From Sphaerochaetaceae bacterium (GTDB lineage: Bacteria > Bacillota_I > Bacilli_A > RF39 > UBA660), in assembly GCA_963609095.1 (NCBI GenBank), contig CAVDHX010000083.1, positions 1-50,295 on the forward strand: a stretch of DNA of 50,295 nucleotides, in the 5' to 3' direction. Below are positions 1 through 7,468 of the stretch, piece by piece (position 1 is the stretch's first letter; every line of letters starts with the position of its first letter). Below the pieces are notes generated by a model, which saw only the letters and a program-made list of their open reading frames with translations, was not told the origin of the DNA and did no database searches. Made by a program: the position numbers and the translations under genes.

Positions 1-1244
1 TATTTTTTAAATACAGAAAGTCCAAACGAATTTTTATAAACAAAATACAATGGAGAATTTGTAACTAATTCAAAATCACCAACATATTCAACTATATTAG
101 AATGAAAACTCATTTTAAATTCATTCAATCCTTTATATTTGTTATTAGATTTATTTATATTTGATACACCACCAATATTAAACTTTTTAAACCCCATTTT
201 AGCATACCTTCCCATTAATTTCCATATCATCAACTGTTTAGCCCCAAATTTTTTATATTCATTGTCATTACCATCAATAACTAAGTATGCTGTATCTTGC
301 CATTTAATAACCAAAATAGTTGATGTTATAATTCCATTTGGAAATTGTTTTAAATATTTTGTCGCCTCAGCTAATTGATTACGATACTTAACAACTTTTT
401 TATCAACATTTAACTTGTCATTAATTAATTTATCTGTATTTCCTTTTTGACTAATTAATCTGTTACTTAGTTCAGCACTTTTTAAATGATAATTATTATA
501 CATTTTTTGTGTATATTTTAAATATTCAGTTGTATCTAATTTACTATAATAAAAATCAATTAAATTATCTTTACTGAAAAAATTATATAAATCTTTAAAA
601 TATTGTAAATTTCTTGGATATTTATTTTTTGTCTGTTCATATAGAATATTTAAATCATCAATATTACCGTGATATACTTTTATGCCGTCTCTTACAGCTT
701 TTCTTATTTTATTTCTACAACTTCTATCAATGTTACCAAAAAGTTTAATATAATTTAAATCCAAATTAATTATAGCTTCAAATCTAGGCTTTAATGCTTC
801 AAAATAATTATTATATCCTAAATGAAAATACCCTAATTTTTTAAGCTTATCAAAAATCATATCATAATTTTCATTACTATAAATTATTTTCCCTTGTGAG
901 TTATATATTTTTCTTGTTATCATTGGATTTATTTTAATTGCAACTATATCTCTTTTACCGAGATATTTTTTAATTAGCTTTGTAAAATTAGTAACTAAAT
1001 TATCATCTTGATAATCAATCAAAAATCCTCTTGGAGCAAGGGCATACTTAAACCCATTTATTTTATAAACTAAAATCAAACTTGCTGCTTTTAATTCATT
1101 TCCATCCATAAGTCCTAAAAACATTGAATAATAATTTTGTTCATGCATTGTAAATGCATAATATGGACTTTGATAAAATGAAGATGGCTGAAAATTTTTT
1201 GAATATTCTAAGAATTCCGCATTTGTTAGTACTTTTATATGCAT
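1..1244 (-). CDS. FemAB-family peptidoglycan interpeptide-bridge aminoacyltransferase (FemX/MurM-like); 3' end reaches the window edge
   Basis: Minus-strand frame is open from ATG (1244..1242, AGGAGG 6 nt upstream) to position 1. It is missing from the ORF track because no stop lies inside the window. My translation is MHIKVLTNAEFLEYSKNFQPSSFYQSPYYAF...KYKGLNEFKMSFHSNIVEYVGDFELV, about 414 aa, which fits the FemAB layout and length. Confidence 0.65.
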   Translation of the reverse strand, partial: MHIKVLTNAEFLEYSKNFQPSSFYQSPYYAFTMHEQNYYSMFLGLMDGNELKAASLILVYKINGFKYALAPRGFLIDYQDDNLVTNFTKLIKKYLGKRDIVAIKINPMITRKIYNSQGKIIYSNENYDMIFDKLKKLGYFHLGYNNYFEALKPRFEAIINLDLNYIKLFGNIDRSCRNKIRKAVRDGIKVYHGNIDDLNILYEQTKNKYPRNLQYFKDLYNFFSKDNLIDFYYSKLDTTEYLKYTQKMYNNYHLKSAELSNRLISQKGNTDKLINDKLNVDKKVVKYRNQLAEATKYLKQFPNGIITSTILVIKWQDTAYLVIDGNDNEYKKFGAKQLMIWKLMGRYAKMGFKKFNIGGVSNINKSNNKYKGLNEFKMSFHSNIVEYVGDFELVTNSPLYFVYKNSFGLSVFKK

Positions 1245-1336
1245 AAACTGCCTCCTTTTTTTAATTGTAACATTTATATTTTAACATGTAAAATGAATAT
1301 TTTAAATTAAATTTAATATAATTTAATGGTGATATT

Positions 1337-2233
1337 ATGAAAATAGGCATTCCCAGAAGTTTGTTTTATTACTACTATGGTGATATTTGGAAAGATTATT
1401 TAGATTATCTAAATATAAAATACGTCATATCTCCATTAACAAACAAAGAAATAATGGAAAATGGTGAAGCCATCGCAAACGACGAGATGTGCCTTTCTTT
1501 AAAAAATTATTTAGGTCATATAGATTATCTAAAAGATAAATGTGATTATATATTAGTTCCAAGAATAAGTAACTTTAATTCAAATAACCAGATGTGCACT
1601 AATTTTTGGGCTGCTTACGATATTGTAAAAAATTTATTTGATATAAAAATATTACATTATAATATAGATTTTGAAAAAAATTATTCAATAAAAAAAGCTT
1701 TTTACAATATAGGAAAGAACTTAAAAAAAACAAAATTACAAATTTACAAAGCATATAGATATACCATGAAAAATTATAAAAGAAGAAAGAAAAATAATCA
1801 TGAAATAATGTTAAATAAATTAAATAGTAAAAAAACAAAAATATTAATAATATCTCATCCTTATAATTTATATGATGAAATGATAGGGAAAGATATTATT
1901 AAATATTTAAATAAAAATGATATTGAATTATTATATTCCGATAAATTTGATTATGACATAACAAATAAATTAAGTAAAAAAATATCTAAAGATTTATATT
2001 TTAAAAGTAGTAAAGATAACTTAGGTTCTATTGTTTTATGTAATGATAGAATTGATGGAATTATTTTTATCTCATCTTTTCCATGTGCTTTAGATAGTTT
2101 AGCTAATGAAATTGCTTTTAGAAAACTAAAAAAACCATATTTAAATCTAGTAATTGATTCAAATACATCATTTGCCGGATTAGAAACAAGACTTGAAAGT
2201 TTTATTGATGTTTTAAAAGGAGTGAAATCATGA
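1337..2233 (+). CDS. acyl-CoA dehydratase activase-related protein (DUF2229-type domain)
   Basis: The N-terminus MKIGIPRSLFYYYYGDIWKDYL...NDEMCLSLKNYLGH...ILVPRI matches the conserved start of the DUF2229 region of CoA-enzyme activase proteins. Conserved Cys residues are present. ATGA overlap with the next gene. Confidence 0.65.
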   Translation: MKIGIPRSLFYYYYGDIWKDYLDYLNIKYVISPLTNKEIMENGEAIANDEMCLSLKNYLGHIDYLKDKCDYILVPRISNFNSNNQMCTNFWAAYDIVKNLFDIKILHYNIDFEKNYSIKKAFYNIGKNLKKTKLQIYKAYRYTMKNYKRRKKNNHEIMLNKLNSKKTKILIISHPYNLYDEMIGKDIIKYLNKNDIELLYSDKFDYDITNKLSKKISKDLYFKSSKDNLGSIVLCNDRIDGIIFISSFPCALDSLANEIAFRKLKKPYLNLVIDSNTSFAGLETRLESFIDVLKGVKS

Positions 2234-3291
2234 AAATATCATTTCCTCACATGGGTGATTATTATATTCCAGCTAAATTTTTATTAAAGCATATTTTTAA
2301 AAACGCAGAGATTATGATTGCTCCAAAAATAACAAATAAAACAGTTACTTTAGGTTCAAAATATTCTCCAGAATTTGTATGCACACCATTTAAATATACT
2401 TTAGGAACAATGATAGAAGCTTTAGAAAACAAAGCTGATATTTTAATTCAAATGGGCGGTGGTTGTAGGTATGGTTATTATAGTGAACTTCAAAATAAAA
2501 TATTAAAAGATTTAAATTATAATTTTAAATTAATCAATCTAGTAACTGAGGGAAAAACAAACATAATAAAGATAAATAAATTATTAAAACAAATTAATCC
2601 AAAATATTCTAAAATAAAAGCTATATATTATACATTTATTACCATTAAAATGATTAAATATATGGATAATATAGATGATTATATTAGACAAAATATTGGA
2701 TTTGAATTAGAAAAAGGTTCATTTGAAAATTTTAAAAAAAGAATGCTTATATCATTTAGTAAAATAAAAAATTATAATCAATTAAAAAAGACATATAAAT
2801 ATTATCTAAAAAAATTTAAAAATATTAAAATACATAAACCAGATAATTGTTTGAAAATAGGAATAATAGGTGAGTTATATACAATTATGGAACCATTTTC
2901 AAATTATTACTTAGAAAAAAATTTAGCTGATCACAATATAGAAATAAAAAGATTTACAAACGTATATTATTTAATAAGGCAAAAGAAAAAAGAATATAAA
3001 AAACTATTAAAATATTCCAAAGGTTATTTCAATTACTCTATGGGAGCAGATGCTTCTGATAATATAGCTAGGTGCAAATACCTTTGTGAAAATAATTATG
3101 ATGGTATTATTCATATAAAATCATCTTTCTGCACGCCAGAGATAGGTGCAATGCCAATTATTAATAAAATAGCAAATGAATATAAAAAACCAGTTTTATT
3201 TTTTTCATTTGATTTAAATACGTCAGAAACTGGAATACAAACAAGATTAGAAGCATTTTATGATATGCTAGAAATGAGGAAAAATAAATGA
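2230..3291 (+). CDS. 2-hydroxyacyl-CoA dehydratase family (HgdB/D-component-like) protein
   Basis: Motifs read: FPHMGDYYIPAKFLL...SPEFVCTPFKYTLG...GGGCRYGYYSELQNKILKDL...SSFCTPEIG. These are typical of the dehydratase-like half of the fused activase proteins. ATGA overlaps on both sides. Confidence 0.6.
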   Translation: MKISFPHMGDYYIPAKFLLKHIFKNAEIMIAPKITNKTVTLGSKYSPEFVCTPFKYTLGTMIEALENKADILIQMGGGCRYGYYSELQNKILKDLNYNFKLINLVTEGKTNIIKINKLLKQINPKYSKIKAIYYTFITIKMIKYMDNIDDYIRQNIGFELEKGSFENFKKRMLISFSKIKNYNQLKKTYKYYLKKFKNIKIHKPDNCLKIGIIGELYTIMEPFSNYYLEKNLADHNIEIKRFTNVYYLIRQKKKEYKKLLKYSKGYFNYSMGADASDNIARCKYLCENNYDGIIHIKSSFCTPEIGAMPIINKIANEYKKPVLFFSFDLNTSETGIQTRLEAFYDMLEMRKNK

Positions 3292-4223
3292 AAGACGTTT
3301 ACTTAGGAATTGACATAGGTTCAATGTCTACTAAAGGAGTAATTATAGATGATAGTAATAATATAATAGCCCAGTCATATATTTGGACTGAAGCAGATCC
3401 TATTCAAGCCGTAAAAAATCTTTTAACAATTTTAAAAAGTAAATTAGATAAAAATTACATAATCAAAGGAATTGGAACAACCGGAAGTGCAAGAAAATTA
3501 ATAGGTTTAATGCTTCAAGCAAATATAGTTAAAAATGAAATAACAGCTCATGCAGTAGGTACATTATCACTTTATCCAAATGTAAGAACTATATTGGAAA
3601 TAGGTGGCCAAGATTCAAAAATAATATTATTAAAAGATGGAATTATTACAAACTATGCGATGAATACATTATGTGCAGCTGGAACTGGTTGTTTTCTATC
3701 AAGTCAAGCAAAACGATTAGGCATTGATGTTAAAGACTTTGGTAAAATTGCATTAACATCAAAAAATCCTGCTAAAATAGCCGCAAGATGTACAGTTTTT
3801 GCTGAATCTGATTTAGTTCATAAAGCACAAGTAGGTTACTTAAAAGAAGATATAATAGCAGGATTATGTAAAAGCATAGTTTTAAATTATTTAAATAACG
3901 TTGGTAAAGGTAAAAAAATAAAAACGCCAATTATATTTCAAGGTGGCGTTTCTAAAAATGAAGGGGTAGTTAAATATTTTAAAGAAATATTAAAAGAAGA
4001 TATCATAGTAGATGAAAATAGTCATTTAATGGGAGCCCTTGGAGTCGCAATTTTATCTAGAAAATATAAAAATGGAAAAATTTATTCATTAGAAATGAAA
4101 GATTTAAAATTTGAAACAAAAGCTGAAGAATGTAATCACTGTTCAAATTCATGTGAGCTTTTAAAAATATATCGTAATAGTGAATTGGTTGATTCATGGG
4201 GTAGTAAATGTGGTAAATATTAA
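3288..4223 (+). CDS. BadF/BadG/BcrA/BcrD-type ATPase (2-hydroxyacyl-CoA dehydratase activase-like)
   Basis: ASKHA phosphate-1 motif YLGIDIGSMSTKGVII, then GIGTTGSARK and EIGGQDSK. Cluster-ligand-type Cys residues in LCAAGTGCFL and AARCTVFAESD. C-terminal CxxxC...C segment. Confidence 0.75.
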   Translation: MKDVYLGIDIGSMSTKGVIIDDSNNIIAQSYIWTEADPIQAVKNLLTILKSKLDKNYIIKGIGTTGSARKLIGLMLQANIVKNEITAHAVGTLSLYPNVRTILEIGGQDSKIILLKDGIITNYAMNTLCAAGTGCFLSSQAKRLGIDVKDFGKIALTSKNPAKIAARCTVFAESDLVHKAQVGYLKEDIIAGLCKSIVLNYLNNVGKGKKIKTPIIFQGGVSKNEGVVKYFKEILKEDIIVDENSHLMGALGVAILSRKYKNGKIYSLEMKDLKFETKAEECNHCSNSCELLKIYRNSELVDSWGSKCGKY

Positions 4224-5135
4224 TTACTTTAAAACTAATTTTTTCTCATCAATGAATGTTTTTTTAAAGAAAAATTCTAAATGAACATCATTAAGTGTAG
4301 TAATTTTATCTTTAACAGATAAATGTTTAAAATATCCAGAATGAATATATTCATTTTCTAAATTTAAAGTCATATCAATCATCCCAGGATTCTTTTGTTC
4401 TGTGAAACATAAATCACTTAATGTTGGTACATTTATAATAAAATTATTACTATTAATTTTAATCCCAGCCTTATGTGAATGACCTTTAAAAACTAATTTA
4501 TTTGAAGGTAAATTAAATTTAGTCGAAATAGGGTGTTTGATTATGAATTGATCTTTACCAATATTAATTAAACTAATGCCATAATTTAATGGAATAAAAT
4601 CAGGCCTAATTTTTAATGCTTGATTAATATCCCTGCCATATTCTAAAGATGTAATATCATGATTACCTAAACATATAATATTTAAAATGTGTTTATCATA
4701 TGGATATTTTTCTAAAACTCTATCAATTTGTTTATCAATATTTTCTACATTTTGATTTCCCTTAGAAAAATTTCCATCAATAATATCACCACAATTTAAA
4801 ATTATATGAATATCTTTATCACGAGCATATTCATATGCTTTATAAATATAATCTAAATTTTCATATTCATTTCCTATATGCATATCTGAAATAACTAAAG
4901 CTTTAAAATTGTCTTTACACAAATTAATTTTTAAACTTCTTTCATTGTAATTATTTTCTTTATAATTTATATTGCCATCATCATAACAATTAAAACCAAT
5001 TATATATCCTTCACTTTTTAGCTTTATAATCTTTTGATGAATTTGTTTAGGGCTTTTCCATAATATAGATGCTATCTCATTTAATGTTTTTCCTTTATCA
5101 ATCAAATTTAAAATTATCTCTTCCATCTCTGTCAT
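4224..5135 (-). CDS. HTH-domain / calcineurin-like metallophosphoesterase fusion protein
   Basis: Phosphoesterase motifs in order: DMHIG, GDIIDG, GNHD, GHSH. N-terminal ~55 aa look like a helix-turn-helix (GKTLNEIASILWKSPKQIHQKIIKLK). I prefer the start at ATG 5135 (AGGA about 9 nt upstream) over the ORF-track start at 5183. Confidence 0.65.
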   Translation of the reverse strand: MTEMEEIILNLIDKGKTLNEIASILWKSPKQIHQKIIKLKSEGYIIGFNCYDDGNINYKENNYNERSLKINLCKDNFKALVISDMHIGNEYENLDYIYKAYEYARDKDIHIILNCGDIIDGNFSKGNQNVENIDKQIDRVLEKYPYDKHILNIICLGNHDITSLEYGRDINQALKIRPDFIPLNYGISLINIGKDQFIIKHPISTKFNLPSNKLVFKGHSHKAGIKINSNNFIINVPTLSDLCFTEQKNPGMIDMTLNLENEYIHSGYFKHLSVKDKITTLNDVHLEFFFKKTFIDEKKLVLK

Positions 5136-5196
5136 AAAATCACATCCTAAATTAATTTTACCTTTAAAAAATATTAAAATCAATTAGTTACTTATA

Positions 5197-5220
5197 ATGT
5201 TTATAAATATATATAAACAT
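5197..5220. promoter_or_regulatory. perfect 9-bp inverted repeat ATGTTTATA-N6-TATAAACAT in a divergent intergenic region (candidate operator)
   Basis: Read directly from the sequence. It lies between the HTH-phosphoesterase gene (minus) and the collagen-like gene (plus). Confidence 0.3.
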
Positions 5221-5246
5221 AAAATAATAATGAAAGGAGAACTATA

Positions 5247-5996
5247 ATGAATAAATACTCCAAAAAAATAAATTGTATATTAGAACAAGGAAAAAAGTGT
5301 AAAGATAAAATAGGTATCATAGGGCCTACTGGACCACAAGGACCTGCGACAATAGCAGTAGGAGATGTTACAACAGGCCCCGCTGGAAGTAGTGCGAAAG
5401 TAGTAAATACAGGAACAAATGAAAATGTAATTTTATCATTTACTATTCCTCAAGGTCTTCAAGGACTTCAAGGTAGTGTTGGTCCAACTGGTCCCCAAGG
5501 ACAGCAAGGCCTAACAGGTCCGCAGGGGCAGCAAGGTAGTGTGGGACCTCAAGGACCTCAAGGTCCAACTGGACCAGTTTATGAAGCTTTATTTGGAAGA
5601 AAATATGACAATCAACCAAATACCATAAGTTTGCAGCCTAATATTTCACAAACAGTTAATTTAAGTGAAACTGGACCTACATCAGGAATAACATCAACAA
5701 CCCAAGATGCATTAACAATAACCCAAGATGGTAATTATAAAATAGACTACTTTTTTTCCGGTAAAGCAAGTACGAATGCTGAGGTAACAGTAGAAGTAAA
5801 TCAAGGTGCTGTTCCAATTGGAAGTACAACAATTACGAAAAGTTTAACTGCAAATACATTAACTGATTTTACCGGTAGTACAATAAATGCTATAACAACT
5901 GGTACAAATATAACAATAACAATTAAAGCAACAGCAGCCGTTACTATAACCCCAGCTGATGGAACAAACGCATATTTAAACATTACTAAACTTTGA
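5247..5996 (+). CDS. collagen-like triple-helix repeat protein with BclA-type C-terminal globular domain
   Basis: Two G-X-Y blocks (GIIGPTGPQGPA and GLQGLQGSVGPTGPQGQQGLTGPQGQQGSVGPQGPQGPTGP). They are followed by a ~140-aa Thr/Asn-rich beta-type domain ending ...NAYLNITKL, as in exosporium BclA-like proteins. AGGAG RBS. Confidence 0.75.
   Translation: MNKYSKKINCILEQGKKCKDKIGIIGPTGPQGPATIAVGDVTTGPAGSSAKVVNTGTNENVILSFTIPQGLQGLQGSVGPTGPQGQQGLTGPQGQQGSVGPQGPQGPTGPVYEALFGRKYDNQPNTISLQPNISQTVNLSETGPTSGITSTTQDALTITQDGNYKIDYFFSGKASTNAEVTVEVNQGAVPIGSTTITKSLTANTLTDFTGSTINAITTGTNITITIKATAAVTITPADGTNAYLNITKL
5454..5576 (+). repeat. uninterrupted G-X-Y triplet repeat (13 triplets plus GP), locally GC-rich
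   Basis: Codon-level 9-nt periodicity (GGN CCN/CAR NNN), seen directly. Confidence 0.9.
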
Positions 5997-6019
5997 TCAA
6001 GGATTATCCTTGATTTTTT
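5946..6019 (+). repeat. direct repeat copy A (last 16 codons of the collagen-like gene, its stop and its terminator)
   Basis: The 74-nt string ATAACCCCAGCTGATGG...CAAGGATTATCCTTGATTTTTT recurs at 7092..7166 with one mismatch (5960 T versus 7106 C). Confidence 0.95.
5997..6019 (+). terminator. rho-independent terminator of the collagen-like gene
   Basis: Stem TCAAGGA / TCCTTGA (7 bp), 3-nt loop, then T6, immediately after stop 5994..5996. Confidence 0.7.
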
Positions 6020-6066
6020 CATCTTAATTTTGTAAATAATGAGTGAAAATTTCTATAATAATTATA

Positions 6067-6094
6067 TTGACATTTTTATTAATTATATTATAAT
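6067..6094 (+). promoter_or_regulatory. sigma-A type promoter inside the cassette (TTGACA-16-TATAAT)
   Basis: TTGACA at 6067..6072 and TATAAT at 6089..6094. This leaves a leader of roughly 140 nt before ATG 6239. Confidence 0.5.
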
Positions 6095-6238
6095 AAAACC
6101 GCTATTTAAGCAGACAAGTCACTGCTGTGTAGCAATTTGAATACTTAGGTAATACTATAAAAAAGATATGGATGTTTGAAAGACATAAATCATTAAACAA
6201 ATTTTTAGAAAATACCAATAATTAAAAGGAGATTTAAA

Positions 6239-7105
6239 ATGACGAAAGAAGAAATAAATAAAAAAATATTTGAATTACAGTCAGAGGCCGATATTATTAA
6301 ATTTGTAGATGAAAGATTATCTGAATTAGAAACAAATAGCGAAGAAAAAACTGTTGGACAAAATTATACTGACAGTTTTCAGGATTATATATCACAGAAA
6401 GTTCACTATAAAGCAGTCGAAAAAATTAAAAAATCAGACTGCCCAGATTTAGTTTATGATGATAAAACACCATATATTAATTTAATTAAAGAAATCAAAA
6501 AGAATAATTGGTATAACGAATTAACACTGATTTCTACAATATTTTATATTATTAATGATTATTTACCATGCGATGATGATTGGGGACTGGCTAGATGTCT
6601 AACTTATGCCACTTGCAAAGAAAATAAAATATCAATTCAAACAATTAGTAAAAGAGGCATTGGCTTTTGCTCTGAGAGAGCCGGTATGGCCCATAATATG
6701 TTTAAATTTTTAGGCATTGATTCAGAAGTAGTTGTTGGTGCAAGAGGAACTGAGATACACGCATATAATTTTATTTATCCATATGGATATGGAAATGAGC
6801 CGATGATTTTATATGATTCATCTTTCTTTGTAAATTTTGTTAAAGATAATAAAACAATATCTTTGGGATTTTTCAAAGCATTTGTGGAGCAAGATTATGA
6901 AAAATTAAAAAAAGGCATACCAATTCAGATAGATTTATCAACAACAGAAAAATTATATCGTGAGTTTTATGGTGATAATGGCTTTTTAGATGATTACAGC
7001 TTTAAATATGAAACACCAACTTATATTTATGGATTAGAAAATGCTAAAAATTATATAAGTTCAAATGAATCGGGGAAACACCATAATAGACATAACCCCA
7101 GCTGA
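6239..7105 (+). CDS. transglutaminase-like / papain-fold Cys-His-Asp domain protein, function unknown
   Basis: GFCSERAGMAHNMFKFLGIDSEVVVG...EIHAYNFIY...MILYDSS has the spacing of the Cys, His and Asp residues of the transglutaminase-like core. AGGAG RBS. The last 5 codons and the stop lie inside repeat copy B. Confidence 0.5.
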   Translation: MTKEEINKKIFELQSEADIIKFVDERLSELETNSEEKTVGQNYTDSFQDYISQKVHYKAVEKIKKSDCPDLVYDDKTPYINLIKEIKKNNWYNELTLISTIFYIINDYLPCDDDWGLARCLTYATCKENKISIQTISKRGIGFCSERAGMAHNMFKFLGIDSEVVVGARGTEIHAYNFIYPYGYGNEPMILYDSSFFVNFVKDNKTISLGFFKAFVEQDYEKLKKGIPIQIDLSTTEKLYREFYGDNGFLDDYSFKYETPTYIYGLENAKNYISSNESGKHHNRHNPS

Positions 7106-7166
7106 CGGAACAAACGCATATTTAAACATTACTAAACTTTGATCAAGGATTATCCTTGATTTTTTT
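7092..7166 (+). repeat. direct repeat copy B (orphan collagen-gene 3' end plus terminator)
   Basis: Identical to 5946..6019 except C at 7106 and one extra T in the T-run. It still reads ITPADGTNAYLNITKL* in the collagen-gene frame. Confidence 0.95.
7143..7166 (+). terminator. rho-independent terminator (duplicate of 5997..6019)
   Basis: Same TCAAGGA-TTA-TCCTTGA hairpin followed by T7. Confidence 0.7.
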
Positions 7167-7177
7167 GACTTAATCTA

Positions 7178-7206
7178 TTGACTTAGATTTGTTAAAATGC
7201 TAATAT
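7178..7206 (+). promoter_or_regulatory. candidate secE-nusG promoter (TTGACT-17-TAATAT)
   Basis: Hexamers and 17-bp spacing read directly, about 55 nt upstream of secE. Confidence 0.45.
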
Positions 7207-7261
7207 GTTTGTAGACACAAAGAGGTGTTTTTTTAATACATTTTTAAAGTAGGTGAATCAT

Positions 7262-7468
7262 ATGGCTAAAAAGAAAAAAGAAAAAAAAGAAAGAAAAAAA
7301 CCACTAGCTGGTGTTAGAAGTGAATTCAAACAAGTTAGATGGCCTAAAAAAAATGAAATGATAAAGTATTCTATTGCAGTACTTTTATGTATTATATTGT
7401 TTGCTTTATTTTTCATGTTATCAGATGTTATAATTGCTGGTATTAGAACAGTTATGGGGGTTAAATAA
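7262..7468 (+). CDS. secE: preprotein translocase subunit SecE
   Basis: Lys-rich N-terminus, the conserved VRSEFKQVRWP motif, one C-terminal TM helix, position directly upstream of nusG. ATG 7262 follows AGGTGA; the ORF-track GTG 7253 lies inside that RBS. Confidence 0.85.
   Translation: MAKKKKEKKERKKPLAGVRSEFKQVRWPKKNEMIKYSIAVLLCIILFALFFMLSDVIIAGIRTVMGVK

Noticed and set aside
139-378. 79-aa plus-strand ORF (and similarly 1599..1838 on the minus strand)
   Set aside because: They lie inside and antisense to the FemAB-family gene and the DUF2229 gene respectively. AT-rich DNA gives spurious open frames.
5136-5183. N-terminal extensions given by the ORF track (also 40981..41055, 7253, 8122, 9965, 11077, 18396 and 32924)
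   Set aside because: These upstream starts lack an RBS or lie inside the Shine-Dalgarno sequence of a downstream in-frame start. The downstream start gives the conserved protein N-terminus.
5247-5996. Collagen-like gene as a prophage tail-fibre gene
   Set aside because: No phage structural, lysis or integrase genes flank it in this window. The neighbours are a phosphoesterase and secE.
5801-6022. 73-aa hydrophobic minus-strand ORF
   Set aside because: Antisense to the collagen-like gene's C-terminal domain and running through its terminator.
5946-7166. Diversity-generating retroelement (template/variable repeat pair) at the 3' end of the collagen-like gene
   Set aside because: The two copies differ at a single T/C position rather than showing adenine-specific variation. 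No reverse transcriptase or accessory gene is nearby, and the repeat includes the terminator rather than only coding sequence.
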